In this document: one piece after another, positions 1 to 11,730 of the stretch
Position numbering within the stretch: position 1 is the stretch's first letter
Layout of the letters: each line of letters opens with the position of its first letter
Assembly: GCA_009602725.1 (NCBI GenBank)
Contig: WELB01000010.1
Coordinates: forward strand, 62,902-82,882
Direction of reading: 5' to 3'
From: Spirogloea muscicola
Taxonomy: Eukaryota
Length of the DNA stretch: 19,981 nt
Notes under the pieces: generated by a model
Database searches by the model: none
What the model was told of the DNA's origin: nothing
The model's input: the letters and a program-made list of their open reading frames with translations, nothing else
Translations under genes and position numbers: made by a program

Positions 1-3000
1 AGCCCCGCGCCGGCGCCGGCGGCGCTGTGGGGCGCCGGCCTGGCCGCCCCGCTGCCCACCAACGCGCCGTGGCAGAACTTCGTCCTCAACGCCGGCCAGG
101 CGCCCGAGGTGGTGCACCCGTACGTCGCGTCCTGCCGCCCCGGCGGCCTGGCCTTTGGCTTCCCGCAGCGCCAGGCCTCGGCGGCCGCCGTGCTGCAGGC
201 CTTTGTCGCCACCTGGGTCGTCGGCACTGTCGAAGGCCTCGCCGCCCGCACCGTCACGACGTACGACGACCTCGGCGTCACCGTGAGCTGGACGCCGGCC
301 GTCGGCGCCGCCGCCGACGGCAGCGGCGCCGCCATGACCGCGTACCTCGTGCGCGGCGCTCCGTACGTGACGCTCGTCTTCCACGGCACCACGCCGGTCG
401 TCACGACGGAGAATGCAATCCTGGGCCTTTCTGCGGACTCCTCACTGGGAAAGCACACGCTGGTGCTCAGCAACGGCGAGACCTGGCTGCTCTACACGTC
501 GTCTGCCGACATGATGCTCGTACGCGACGGCGATACGCTGACGGCTGCGCAGCCCTTCACCGGCGTGCTCCGCCTCGCACTGCTGCCAGGTCTGCAGTCT
601 GTCGAGCTTCGTTGAGTCTGAGTGACCTTGTCCGTGCCCTATCCAATCCTGCTCCAAGCTCATCCCTTCATTGTGTCTGCCTCCTCCTTCAAGACAATAG
701 AGGTGGTGGTATTTGATTTGCTGCCACTCTGTGATGTACGCAGAGGGCTCAGCTGGAGCGCTGCTTGATCAGCACCGGCGGACCTACCCCACGGGCGGCA
801 CGGCGTCGCTTCCAGGACTTGCGCAGGTGCAGTACCGCTGGGCGACTGCCGCCTGGGGCGGTGGCCTATCCAACGCACTCCTCATGCTCAGCCTCCCGCT
901 GCACCGCGCCGTGCTTGCACGGCCCTCGCCGAGTGCCACCTGCTCCATAGTGGTGAGCGGCACAAATGCCCCCTTCCCCAACACCCCCCCTCGCCTTGCA
1001 GCTCACGGCAGTTGCCACTCGTATCAGTGGCCACCCATTTCATTCCTGGCCTTCCTCTTGGTGATCCAGTCCCTCTTCTGTCTGTGTCTCAAACGCTCAC
1101 CTTGCAACCTGGTCGAGTTGGTGAGATGCTGGGGCCCGCTTGCGGGTCACAGGGTGCTGCTGGTAGCATCACACATACGTGAGGACCCACAGTGACGAGC
1201 CAAACTCAGCCTCACTGATTGTTGTCTTTCTCCTTGTCGCCAGCCTCATGGTAATGCAACGAGTCATTTACTTGAGCTCCTGTAATTCTGCTGCTCGCCA
1301 CTCTGTCGCCACTTCGTAGTTTTGGCGCTAGCAAGTGAGCAATTTATCAAGGAGCAGTCCCATGTCAAGATGGGAGCAAGACTTAGATTAGAGGCCACAG
1401 CAAGATGGTGAGAAGCAGCAAGAGTAGTCCTGATGCAGACTGCTGCAGGTATACTTTTAGAACAGAAGCTTACTGGCAGATCTTATCGCCCTCTGAGGCA
1501 GCTCTTCAGTCTCTTCTGTCCTCGCACGGCTGGTGGCTAGGAAGTCTCTCCATATTGCCGTGCCTGCTGCAGGTATATGACTAGCTTGGCCTTTGTCTGT
1601 CCAATGTCAATGCGTACCGCATTTAGGGCCAAGCCATATTGCTTGCCATTTGATGGAGCCACTGTCACAGGTCTGCGGCGTCGTTGTTGCACAGGCAGGA
1701 GCAACAGCTTCACAATTGCTGTAAGCCAGTGCCAAGGCATAACCCGTCCCATGCACACTTGGTGCTCAGTCCTGCACTGTCCCAAGCTGCTCAACAGGAA
1801 CAGTATCTCACGTCATGACTCGACCGCTGAGCCGTTGCCTGAAGAGTGCCGTGGGCTTGTGGCAGCCGAAAGTGACGCAGGTCAACCTTCGGTACGAGAG
1901 CATTGATGGCATTATGTATGGCGAAATAGGCAATGTGTGGCTCCTTGTTGATCAGCCCGTGAAGGCCTCATGGCACTCTTTGCGAGGCGTGCCTAACCCA
2001 TCTCGTGGGAGCATACTGGCAGCTTTGCAGGTGCCAGACAGTCCTTAAGCTTATATGCCAACAATTGCTGTCACCTGCCGTTACTCCTACTAGCTGATCT
2101 TGAATTGCGATTCTGCATGTAGCTCAATGCTTGTTGGGTCTGCGCCAATCTTCACTTCATCTTATCTCTTTGTTGAGCAGAGGGACGTGGCCGAACTCTC
2201 CACTATCACCGACTCAGCTACCTACTTTGCAGGGAAGGCTCTTGCCCGTGTTGCACGGCTTGTGCTGATAGCGGAAGAGCTTGGGGACTTTGTGTCCATG
2301 GCTACAGCTCAAAATTTCCTCAAGACCAACCTCAGCCCCTGGCTGCAGGCTGGTGGCCACAATAGTAACGGCTTCGTCTATGATCCACGGTGGGTTGCTG
2401 CACGTCCAGGAGCAGCAATATCAACATCACTGCTGCCGGCTATTTCACGGCTCATATTGACTCTATTTCACTTTGATGTGGCAAATTTTCTATGGGCTCC
2501 CAGCTGGGGAGGGGTAGTCAGCCAGCAGGGTGCTGCAGACCAGGGAGCCGACTTTGGACTTGGCGTCTACAACGACCATCACTATCACTATGGCTACTTT
2601 CTCTATGCGAGCGCTGTGCTTGCAAAGCTTGACTCTGGTTGGTATCCTGTACCTCAATCTTTGACATTACTTCTGCAAGCACAGGCTAGCATTTCTGCAA
2701 AGCTGGCTCTACCCTCCTGTTCTGTGATATGTTCGGTGCACAACACCTGCAGGAAGCTACTGGCATGGTGGGTTGAGCTGACAACATAGGCTGATGTTTG
2801 ATGCAGCCTGGGCTCGAGCAAACAAGGCCGCCGTGTACACACTTGTCAGGGACATCTGCAGCCAGAAAAAGGACACTTATTTCCCTCGCATGCGCCACTT
2901 TGACTTTTTTGTGCTCCACTCGTGGGCCAGTGGTCTCGTCGAATTCGCGGACGGCCGGAATCAGGTACGTAAAATGCACCGCAGCTTCGCCTGCCCTGGT

Positions 3001-4295
3001 AGGCTTATGGTCAGACAAATGCCTACAGTAGCAACACCAATGAGCCTGGTGGTCCAGTGTGAATGAACAACTGAGGCCTTTCAGACACTCGCTTTTTCCA
3101 GGAGAGCACGTCAGAGGCGGTAAATGCTTACTACGCCGTGTCTCTGGTCGGCATGGCTTATGGAGACTTGACCCTTCTGAACCTCGGCCTCACATTGACG
3201 GGCTTTGAGTCCAGAGCTGCCCAAGCTTACTGGCACATCCCAGAAAACAGCACCCTATATGATGCTGTATATACCCAGGTGACCTTCTTTCGCTGCCTTG
3301 GTGAATGCATGCCTTGATACACTGCAAGCAAGGGCCAATTTTGTGCAGAACATGTGTAGAGGCCCTTGGCAGATGACCATCAATTCAGCATGAGCACTCA
3401 CCTATGCTCACTTGCAGTGATGTATCAGCAGCATAGCAAGTTCCCTGCAGTCAAGAGCCTGATGTAATTGCACCTGCTAATGGTCAGGCCAACAGGGTCA
3501 CAGGAGTGCTGTGGGCCAACAAGCGAGACTCTGGCCTATGGTTTGCATCAAATGACAATCGTGACATTCGTCTTGGCATCCAGGCCATTCCCATTAGCCC
3601 GATCACCGAGCGCCTCTTTTCTGGTGACCCCTCCCTCCGAGAGTGTGCAGGGGTTTTGCTAGCAACCCCTCTCTTAATTGCTGTCAAGTCGAGCTCCAGT
3701 CTAGCTCCAGAACTCAGCAGGCGTGCTTGCTGAATCGCAGGTTTTGGGCCTGTGCATCAGTGGCATACAGGCTTAAACCGACTCCCTATGTCTGAGTCTA
3801 GCCAGACCCTTGCTCATAATTCGCATAAGTGTGCCTGGCATCTGCAGACAAGGCGTACACGAAGCAGCTTGTCAGCTGGTCGTTGGCGTCAGAGGGACCA
3901 GAGACCAGCGATGGCTGGAAGGGCTTCGTCTATGCCTTGCAGGCCATCGATAACAAGTCGATTGCCCTGAACAACCTTCAACCCTTGCAGGCCAGCATTC
4001 AACCCCTCAGGCAGGCTGCAACTGCTCTGCTTGTTGTGGGTGCAATTGTATGGGTGTCCTACAGGCTGTCATTGTTCAAGTGCGAGAACATCAAACAACT
4101 GTGGCTCTACATTAGATGACCAATCTCATGAGCTCCTTGATTATACTCAATTGTTGTCCTTTCACAGCAGTTGTCCTTTCACAGCAATCTAGAAGCTTTG
4201 AAGTCAAATGCACCATTTCCTTGTGTGCCGTGGTGCAGGGCTTTGACCCTGGAAACTCTCTGACAAACTTGCTCTGGTGGGTGAACTCCAGATAA
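1..4295 (+). CDS. Glycoside hydrolase family 81 endo-1,3(4)-beta-glucanase (plant beta-glucan-binding-protein type), 5'-partial, 10 exons
   Basis: Exons joined by hand with matching phases: 1-589, 744-952, 1881-2030, 2181-2389, 2504-2637, 2807-2964, 3102-3278, 3488-3623, 3848-3990, 4239-4295 (1962 nt, 653 aa + TAA). Recognised GH81 motifs: [79 protein letters not shown] (catalytic Glu region), [42 protein letters not shown]. The start codon lies upstream of the window, and the last donor appears to be GC. Confidence 0.93.
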
Positions 4296-5070
4296 TAGAA
4301 CACATGTTTGCATAGCAATCAATTTTTTTGGCTCTTACAGATGTTGGACGGACGGACTCTAAGCCACTATCCATCAGATGGTTGCTTAGATGGTTCACGT
4401 GCTCCTCATCCAGCATCACCGAGCCACCTCCTCCTCACGAGAGGCCTAAAGTATAGTTGTAGCTGGCAGCCAGCACATTTGCTGGCTGCAACAACCTTCC
4501 CGGAGATGGTCAGCTCATTGCTGTATGCTGGGAAGGCTGAGTGGCGGGTTTGCCGCCAAGCACAGCAGTGTGCAGCAGCAAGTCCTACCAGTCTGTGTTG
4601 CGTAAGAGGACCCTGTCTCCATATCCTTGGGGGATAGGGGCTTCTGCCTTTGCAGAGGCCTTGTGCACCTTGTGCTCTTTAGGACACCAGGACATTTTAT
4701 TCTCGAAGGTTGGACAGAGCCGTATTTGAATTTGAGCCGGATTTAGTATCCCAGCTGCAAATAGGCAGAGGAGAGAATGAATAAAAGTCCTTTCATGCTC
4801 CTTTTGTTCCATGTTTAGTTGTCCAAGTCTCGTGTGAAGCATCATATACAAGGCTTCCTTACTTGCGTGGTCAGTCTTGGGCAGCTCTTTGCAATCCTGA
4901 ACTAGGTGACAATTGGAGCCAACACGAACAGTCATGCCAACACCTGCAAATTTCAGGTGTGACGTGGCAGCTGGAGCAGCAGAAGATGAGGGCCGTGCAG
5001 ATTGGGCTCAAATGCATCAGAAAGTTGGTCATGAGCTCTTCCAAGGGAGAAAATGCGTGTATATTAAGAG

Positions 5071-5133
5071 ATGGGGAGGCCATGTGTGGCCAAGTACAAA
5101 GGCAAGCACATTGGACAAATGTACGTCACCTGC
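5071..5133. repeat. Dispersed ~60-bp repeat, copy 1 (partner at 7944-8003)
   Basis: gtggccaagtacaaaggcaagcacattggacaaatgtacgtcacctgc aligns with gtggccaagtataagagcaagcacattggcaaatgtacctcacctgc, same orientation. Confidence 0.75.
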
Positions 5134-5149
5134 TGCTAAGCTGACCCGC

Positions 5150-5259
5150 TCAGTAACCACGAGTCAGCACATAGAGGTCGCTAGCTGACGCTCGAATACC
5201 GGACGGCAATTGACTAGCTCTTGTGCCAGCAGCTAAGGCTCGACCAGCTTTCTGATGCA
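5150..5259 (-). mobile_element. Fragment of the 'LTRGY' retroelement-end family (copy A), running into the N-gap
   Basis: The minus strand reads HQKAGRALAAGTRASQLPSGIRASASDLYVLTRGY*, homologous to YRRAGRALAAASGLRSG..SSSDFLLLTRGY* at 19051-19190. Confidence 0.65.
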
Positions 5260-5956
5260 NNNNNNNNNNNNNNNNNNNNNNNNNNNNNNNNNNNNNNNNN
5301 NNNNNNNNNNNNNNNNNNNNNNNNNNNNNNNNNNNNNNNNNNNNNNNNNNNNNNNNNNNNNNNNNNNNNNNNNNNNNNNNNNNNNNNNNNNNNNNNNNNN
5401 NNNNNNNNNNNNNNNNNNNNNNNNNNNNNNNNNNNNNNNNNNNNNNNNNNNNNNNNNNNNNNNNNNNNNNNNNNNNNNNNNNNNNNNNNNNNNNNNNNNN
5501 NNNNNNNNNNNNNNNNNNNNNNNNNNNNNNNNNNNNNNNNNNNNNNNNNNNNNNNNNNNNNNNNNNNNNNNNNNNNNNNNNNNNNNNNNNNNNNNNNNNN
5601 NNNNNNNNNNNNNNNNNNNNNNNNNNNNNNNNNNNNNNNNNNNNNNNNNNNNNNNNNNNNNNNNNNNNNNNNNNNNNNNNNNNNNNNNNNNNNNNNNNNN
5701 NNNNNNNNNNNNNNNNNNNNNNNNNNNNNNNNNNNNNNNNNNNNNNNNNNNNNNNNNNNNNNNNNNNNNNNNNNNNNNNNNNNNNNNNNNNNNNNNNNNN
5801 NNNNNNNNNNNNNNNNNNNNNNNNNNNNNNNNNNNNNNNNNNNNNNNNNNNNNNNNNNNNNNNNNNNNNNNNNNNNNNNNNNNNNNNNNNNNNNNNNNNN
5901 NNNNNNNNNNNNNNNNNNNNNNNNNNNNNNNNNNNNNNNNNNNNNNNNNNNNNNNN
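5260..5956. other. Assembly gap (N run)
   Basis: Continuous Ns. Confidence 1.
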
Positions 5957-6037
5957 GGCGGCGGGAGTGGCGGCCCGCGCCTGGGCGTCGCCGCGCCGCC
6001 GCAGCTCTGCGGCGGGCCCCGGCACCCCGGGGTGCGC

Positions 6038-7705
6038 ATGCGGCTTCCTGCCGTTTCGCTGGCCGCTGTAGATCCTCCAAGGTGCTGGCAGGCCCTTACA
6101 CTGTCGCCACTGCGCAGGCGGCGGGCGTGCTCCAGCCCCGCAGCGCCACCACGCCGGCGCCCGGGTCGATGCGCGGCCCCGGCGGCAGCGGTGGCGGCGT
6201 CCGAGGCAGCAGAGCGCGGCCGGCGCATAGCACGCCTGAAGGCAAGGCAGCATGAGAGCACGCCAATACCGCGGCCGCCGCCCGCTGGCGCCGCTGTCGC
6301 TGCCCCGGCGTCCACGTCGCCGGCACTGCCGCCGCCGCCGCTAGCCCCGCCCTCGCTTGGATCCTTCCTGCGACTGCCAGTTGGCCGCCACTCTCTGCTC
6401 AATGCCAGCACACTGCGCCGCCTGGAGCAGCTCGCAGACGACACCTTCCGGTTGGCCTCTCACGTTGCCTACCTCTGCATTTTAATCCGTTGCGACTGTT
6501 GCCAGCATCTCAGGCAACCGTGCTAGCGGCAGCGAGAGCTGTGACCGACCATGACAGCCTGCGCGCACTACATTGTCAGTTGCCACCTGCGCAGCATTGA
6601 GGTCTTCAACTTGGTGGTCGCGCCGGTGATTGACCTGCGCATAGGGTTTACGGGGGACGGCTGCAAGGTCGAGATGCTCTGCTGCAAGGTGTGCAGGGGA
6701 CTGACAGTGGCTCACCACCGCAGCCCAGGCCACCCACAGTGTGTGCTGTAGCGGGTGTCGTTGCCATGACTTTCTGGTCAAGCTGAGCAGACGTCTTGAC
6801 TGCGGGCCGATGTCGTTGGTTGAGACAGTTTGAGGGCTCTGGCATTATAGAGCAGCAGAATCAGCGGTTTGCAGGTCAGATCCCTTCATCCGTGCACTGC
6901 AAGCAAGTAGACGAGCGTGATGCAGAGGAGCTGCTCTTATACCTCTTCCTCAAGGAGCGGTTTGCATGCTGCCCTGCCCGACGGCCAGACTGTGGCGGGC
7001 AGCGGCCCCTCCTGTGCAGCTCTGCATGCCCGGGCCAGCCTGGAGGGCCTTTCCTTGTCAGGCTCATGAGGCACCTCTGACACTGCCACTGTTGCGCATC
7101 CTCTCACTTGGGCAGCCTCCTTGCGGAACGTCCTGACTTGGGACGAGGCAGAAGTCCTGCCGATGCTCCATGTGGATGTTGACCTTGAGGTTTGCCTCGA
7201 GGTCAGCATGCTCTGGCAATTAGCAGCAGAGAACCACTCTTCCTGTGGACTACCTTGCCTATATCTTGCTATATAACATGTCTTGTTGACAAGTAGGATG
7301 CCGTTGTGCAGGTGTTCACGCTCCCATTCACGCTCCTACCACTTTCTGCTGTTGAGACCCCCGGCAACGCGTAAGTCTAGCTGAGCAACCCCGGCCCCTC
7401 CCCTCGCTTGCACCACCAGGCTCCTAGGACCACTGATGGGCTCCTGCTGCCAGGCCCTGGCAAGCCTATCTTCTACACTGACTCCGTCACTGAGAGCGCT
7501 GGTGTCATGCAGCTGCATGCAAACGCTCCTTAATCGCCTCGTCCCAATCTTCCTGCACAACCTCATCAGCGACTACACACGCTGGGCAGCAGGCGAGCTT
7601 GGCGATATGTTTCCCTCTGCGTCACCAGTAAAGGCCACTGTAGTTGGCAACGCACTGTCACCGCCACTGCGGCTGAGGGAGGAGCTAAGCCAGCCCCTCG
7701 CTTAG
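6038..7705 (+). CDS. DUF1997 family protein (plant/cyanobacterial), probable organellar transit peptide, 6 exons
   Basis: GT-AG exons with matching phases: 6038-6450, 6580-6688, 6829-6874, 7116-7201, 7312-7370, 7513-7705. The product contains ARLKARQHES, LGSFLRLP, DDTFRCHLRSIEVFNLVVAPVIDLRI, VEMLCCKFEGSGIIEQQNQRFAASLRNVLTW, LHVDVDLEVCLEVFTLPFTLLPLSAVETPGNACMQTLLNRLVPIFLHNLISDYTRW. The N-terminus is Ala/Arg/Pro/Ser-rich. ATG 6038 is the first after the gap, so the true start could lie within the gap. Confidence 0.85.
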
Positions 7706-7943
7706 CAGCAGTTACAGCAGCTCGCTGCAGAGGCAGCGCTACTGCAGCCGCCGCTGCAGCCGCTGCTGCACGGTGGCTGACTTCTGGCAAGGTGAATCTG
7801 ACTTATCATGACTGATCATCATGAAGGGTTGCCCTCCTATTTCCATGGTCTCTGCTGAGTGAAGATGCCTTGCTTATCTGGCACTGCAGGGGGCAGAGCT
7901 CATGCGCACACCTCATGTGCAAGAATGGCAAACTATACGTGTA

Positions 7944-8003
7944 ATGGAGGGCCTGAGTGGCCAAGTATAAGAGCAAGCACATTGGCAAATGTACCTCACC
8001 TGC
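7944..8003. repeat. Dispersed ~60-bp repeat, copy 2 (partner at 5071-5133)
   Basis: Direct alignment with 5071-5133; lies between the convergent DUF1997 and NOI-like genes. Confidence 0.75.
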
Positions 8004-8441
8004 ATTCAAATCAGTATATGCATATGAACATATATTGGTCGCACCAAATGCGCAGTCACTTAGTTCAGCAGCAGCTAGCAGTTTCATCATCAGGTTTTCC
8101 AGAGCTGCTTGAAGCCCATGTCCTGACCCGGCAGTTCGGTGACTAGTCTTTCCTGAGGCCTGCAGCTCAGCTGCCTGGGGCACTGCACCTTACAAGAGCT
8201 ACTGCACCTCCTGGGCCTGAAAAAGGTGGTAACGAGATGTGTCCAGCTCATCTAGCTCAATCTGTTTAGAATGCGACTTGGCTTGCCTGCTCAAAGGCGA
8301 GCCCAGCTATGTAACTTGCTCGTGCTGAACCAGCCTAACTGGATGGGCACGCCGTGTAAGAACAGGGAAACGGCGACATGATGGGGGACTGCACAGGAGG
8401 GGGAGGGCAGGCCGAAGCATGACGAGGGGCGGCTGTGCGGC

Positions 8442-8855
8442 TCAAGCGGCCACGCTGGGGGAGGAGAAGCACCTCAGGAACACATTGGGCTTCTGCGCGA
8501 GACACAGCGGGCGAGAGCGCAGGTGTCAGCGTCGGTTGTCCCCGACAGTGGCCCACCGAAGAAGAGAGCGTGCTCGGCAGCGCAGCGGCGGGTCTGCCGG
8601 CTACCGACGCCCGAGTGATGCAGGAAGGCGCGGCCTGCCTGCGCAAGGCCCGCTTGCAGCGGCAGCAGCAGGGCTCACCCGTGCAGCTTCGTGAGTGGGG
8701 TCCTGCTTGGCGACTTCACCGCTCCAGGAGGCGCCGAACTTGGGCACCGACGGCGTGACGGTGGCACCCTCCTTGCGGGCCTGCCGCGCGCGGTCAAACT
8801 GCATCGTGTACGCAACCAGGCTCGGGCCGGAGTAGCCGCCGCGGTCCTCTTCCAT
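8442..8855 (-). CDS. Small RIN4/NOI-like protein (75 aa, 2 exons) with an AvrRpt2-cleavage-site-like motif
   Basis: Exon 1 is 8855-8679 (ATG in GCGCTATGG context, donor CGG|GTGAGC). The intron has a CTGAC branch point and a pyrimidine-rich ...TCTCGCGCAG acceptor. Exon 2 is 8492-8442. Product: MEEDRGGYSGPSLVAYTMQFDRARQARKEGATVTPSVPKFGASWSGEVAKQDPTHEAARKPNVFLRCFSSPSVAA*. It contains YTxxFDxAR, VPKFG.W and a C-terminal Cys (FLRCFS), the three hallmarks of NOI proteins. Confidence 0.72.
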
Positions 8856-8858
8856 AGC

Positions 8859-8888
<30 letters not shown>
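8859..8888. repeat. (GGC/CCG)n trinucleotide microsatellite immediately 5' of the NOI-like start codon
   Basis: About 10 tandem GCG units; a second shorter run lies near 8968-8993. Confidence 0.9.
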
Positions 8889-8889
<1 letters not shown>

Positions 8890-9083
8890 GCGTCCGCGGT
8901 GCGAGCAGGGACAGGCTGGGTGAGCAGTGGCGGCGGCGAGAGGCGGCCGCTCGGGAGGGAGGACGTAGCGGCGGCGGCGGCGGCGGAGGCGGCGTGGGGG
9001 AGGGAGGCGGGCGGGAGCAAAGCGCCTCGCGGCGACGAGATCTGACCAGGGCCGGACGGCGCCCCGGATGGCGCGGGGCGACC

Positions 9084-9092
9084 GCCACGTGG
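9084..9092. promoter_or_regulatory. G-box (GCCACGTGG) about 230 bp upstream of the NOI-like ATG
   Basis: CACGTG core with G-box/ABRE-like flanks, at a plausible promoter position; function not demonstrated. Confidence 0.3.
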
Positions 9093-9546
<454 letters not shown>

Positions 9547-10815
9547 CCCCCCCCCCACCCCCCCCAGCACCCCTCTTTGCAGGCGGCACCGTACCCTTAG
9601 TCGAAAGGAACCGCAACAACGCATCAATTCACCGCTGCTTGCTCTCACCTGGCGAGCGTTAGCGCCTTCTTGGGCACCGGCGAGTTGCATACCGCCAGCA
9701 AAGCCCGAAACGCCAGTCTGGCACATTCCATTCCGTGGCCTGGTCTGCAGCGAGGAGCTTAGGCGAGCGTCTGTGGGCTGGCGTCGTCCTAGCATACGCA
9801 AGAGCTGCAAGTGACAAGGAGTGCTGCGCGACATGTCACGCTGGCCCCGATTGGACGGCACCCGACCCTGTACCTCACCCGCCCTCTTGCCCACTGCTGC
9901 TGTGCAGAAGAAGAGCTTCTTCAGATGCTTCGGCGCGCCGCAAGCTGTCTGAACATGGCCGGGCGGAGCACAGCGAGGGCATCGTCGTGATGAGATAGCA
10001 TATGCCGCCCCTGCCCATGGTATCTGCAACCAGTTTTTGGCTGGAGGCATAGGGGTGCACAAAGCTGCAGAGGCTGCCGAATGTGCTTCTGGTTATGGGC
10101 CAATACGATGGCCTCGCAGAGGCCCTATGGGCGCACAAGTACCACAGCCGATGTTGCTTGGTCAGGCAGGTGTCGTTGACGACACCGGGTTGCTAACTCT
10201 GCAAGCATTGGCTGGGTGGCCTGACGCAAGCCCTTGGAGGAGATGTCTCCTCCCTGAGTTGAGAAATTGGGATGAGTCCCACTTGCTGTGTCAAAGACGC
10301 TGCTGCGGTGCATGTACCACGCTGGCTCAGAAGCAGCTGGTGTAGCCCGCCTGAAGATTGTATGGCACCAAGTATGCTGCCTCTGCACTTCACAATACTT
10401 CACTTCTTATGCCGTCGTTAGCGTTAAGCTGGGCTGTCTTGCTCCACATGGCCTACGCCCATAGGTTTGACTTTCCCATTTACTTTCAGTCGGACAGCTG
10501 CATCACCGATGTTGCTGCATACGGCAGCAGCATCCGCGAGCATGGCAGCCCTTACGGCACCCTTGCAATGACCTGCTGTTGAGCTTCTTGCGCCCTCCTG
10601 CAATAGTGCCAGGCCTGTGATGGTCAGCCGTAGCTATCATCCATGTCCACAATCCTGGAGCGTGCTTTGGGACATGTGGAAGAGGCCGAGGCCACATGTC
10701 TGTCCTGATGCATCTGAGGGTATTGAATACAGTAGGAGGTCAGTCAAGTAGCCAGAGAGGTTTGGTTTGATACTGAGCGGATGCCCTGGGCTGCTACCTG
10801 ATGCAGCAGAGACAT

Positions 10816-10859
10816 TGATACCTGATACCTGATATCCGGTACCTGTTACCTGATACCTA
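10816..10859. repeat. Degenerate 7-bp tandem repeat (CCTGATA)n, about 6 units
   Basis: ttgata cctgata cctgata tccggta cctgtta cctgata cctaa. Confidence 0.8.
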
Positions 10860-11487
10860 AGAATTCCGGAGTTGGCCATTTGGTGTAAAGAGGGCTCATG
10901 AGTTTGCTACGTGATTTACTGACTTGACTCAGCCACCTGACCACGTGCACTGCATTGTTCATTGCGAAGGAGCTTTCGTATTTGGCAAGCATTGTTCTCG
11001 AAACAAACATTGTTCTCTAAGCCCAAGCAAGTAGCTCTAAAGCCAGCTATAGTAGGTGAAAATGCAGCTCTGTTCAGCACTGCCGCCGTGCAGTTTGGTG
11101 CATTGTGCCCATACTAGTCTGAATATGCTCACTGCGTCCTACTCGTCACCTCTCCTCCGGCTGGCTCGTCGCAACGCCCTTTGTTCCTCAGTTGAGCACT
11201 AAACTTAGGGTGTTGTGCATCGACAGTGGACACCTCGCATGGTGGTTGCAATCGATACCCTGTGACTTGCGGCAAGTAGGAGCTTTGGCCTGCTACACTT
11301 GGCAAGAGCTGGTGCCAGGAAGTCGCAGAAAACGCGGCCCGTCGGGAGGGCGGAGGTTCCGCTGTCGTGCTGGGCAGGTTGGTCTCGGGCGCTGCCAAGC
11401 TCGCTGGAGGGACGAGCTTCCAGGGTTCCTCGGGGACAAAGCAGCATTGTAAATGAGCCCGTGATGAACAGCATGGGCGGCCCAAGT

Positions 11488-11730
11488 GAAAAGCGCGGCC
11501 GGATTGACTGGTGGCTGTGAGAGGCCAGCTCAAAGGAATGGACAAGGTCTGAAGGAGCCGGAGAGCTAAATAGTAAGACAACAGCAAGGGGACTCTCAGT
11601 AACCTCTAGTCAGGGGACTCTCAATCTCTAGTCAGAAGATGCAAGTCAGAGTAGCTAGCAGGCTGATAGACGTCGCCCTGACGGAAGCCGGAGTGGAGCC
11701 CACGTACACGGGCAAGCACTTGTAAACCCC
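11488..11730 (-). mobile_element. 'LTRGY' retroelement-end family (copy C): ORF end plus 3' UTR
   Basis: Ignoring a ~24-bp internal duplication (11587-11613 / 11612-11635), the minus strand reads GLQVLARVRGLHSGFRQGDVYQPASYSDLHLLTRGY* (stop 11596-11598). Region 11488-11595 aligns loosely with the UTR at 19355-19477, including the GGCTG..CAGC stem. Confidence 0.65.

Noticed and set aside
5150..6526. Long 288-423 aa ORFs across the first gap
   Set aside because: Their length comes from translated Ns; only the DUF1997 exon and the short repeat fragment are supported.
9735..9998. ORF with a CxxCH (heme c-like) motif, CATCH
   Set aside because: No ATG start, no further cytochrome features and no convincing exon chain; probably chance. 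Region 9547-11480 remains unexplained.
11192..11300. KLRVLCIDSGHLAWWLQSIPC resembling the CRE-type 'GAWLxAIP' motif
   Set aside because: A single short match recalled from memory, with no neighbouring RT or zinc-finger motifs in frame; it would need a profile search.
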